Source: Felis catus
Lineage: Eukaryota
Assembly (NCBI RefSeq): GCF_018350175.1
Contig: NC_058368.1
Span: forward strand, 117,740,001 to 117,804,000
Length of the DNA stretch: 64,000 nucleotides
Direction: 5' to 3'
The position numbers and the translations under genes are program-made. Below, piece by piece: positions 63,431 through 64,000 of this stretch. Each line of letters opens with the position of its first letter. Position 1 is the first letter of the stretch. The notes beneath the pieces are model-generated. The model did not search any database and was not told where the DNA came from. It saw nothing but the letters and a program-made list of their open reading frames with translations.

Positions 63431-64000
63431 GTCTACCTCTCCCCCCCCCCCCCCCCCCCCCGCAATAAATAAATAACCCCAGCTCATTTTTCAATGGAAG
63501 ACCATCTTTAGAACAACTCAGGGGAGACGAGTGATGAGGCCTTTTTGCTGGGGTGTGAACTCAATAAGAATTTAAACCTGCAGGGTGTAAGTGTCTTTAA
63601 AGTATCTTCTTTTCCCTACTCATTAGGAATATAAATTCCACTTCCAGGAAGTCTTCCTGTCTCTTAGGCCCCAGAGGTCCCTATCATCTAACTCCCATGG
63701 TACCCTGGACTTCACTGCAACACTCACTTCACTGGAGTCCCTTTTATGCTGGGTTTCCTCACTAGAATGTGAGCTCGAGGAGGTCCTCATTGCATCTGCC
63801 TTGTTTCCCACTATATTCCTCATGTCTGGCACACAGTGGAACTCATCAGGTGAATAAATGAGTGCCCCAATCTGTGAACTGTTGGAACAACTCTACCCAT
63901 TAAAATAAGAGAGGGGCACCTTAGTGGCTCAGTTGGTTAAGCGTCCGACTTCAACTCAGGTCATGATCTCACAGCTCATGAGTTCCAGCTGCGTGTCCAG
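61605..64000. mobile_element. SINE cluster (+ 61605-61838, - 61860-61955, - 62181-62403, - 62935-63157, + 63282-63476, + 63913-64000) and an L2 3' end (~63700-63860)
   Basis: TSDs aagtctttgcct and acaaactttggctattt; L2 motif ctagaatgtgagctc...tctggcacacagtggaactca. Confidence 0.88.

Larger units (their letters stand above)
37350..64000 (+). other. NDFIP1: NDFIP1 intron 1 (partial, runs past the window end)
   Basis: Begins GTGAGC; the expected exon 2 peptide (LQNEEESGEPEQ...PPPY) was not found downstream by eye. Confidence 0.8.

Noticed and set aside
612..64000. CRISPR-like or other regularly spaced repeat array; bacterial or horizontally acquired insert
   Set aside because: Recurrent motifs are dispersed SINE/LINE copies with TSDs and irregular spacing; no gene-dense or compositionally foreign block seen

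Overview
Mammalian genomic DNA, carnivore and very probably felid, judged from about 50 tRNA-derived Can-SINEs including young, CpG-intact Felidae-type copies. The only protein-coding exon I can support is exon 1 of NDFIP1 (+ strand, ATG at 37287, MALALAALAAVEPACGSRYQQ, donor GTGAGC at 37350), inside a CpG-island promoter (~36915-37660). Positions 1-36900 are repeat-rich upstream DNA. Positions 37350-64000 are intron 1, and I did not find exon 2 in the window. Intron 1 contains a full-length, heavily decayed antisense processed pseudogene of beta-tubulin TUBB4B (58260-59857), an exact 320-bp tandem duplication inside an old L1, a three-level L1>solo-LTR>SINE nest, and several closely spaced inverted SINE pairs. 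The rest is L1, L2, MIR, MaLR LTRs, MER33/MER58 DNA transposons and microsatellites. I see no convincing previously undescribed biological system; the findings are local structural or regulatory oddities. Repeat family names come from recalled consensus sequences, and boundaries without a stated target-site duplication (TSD) are approximate.
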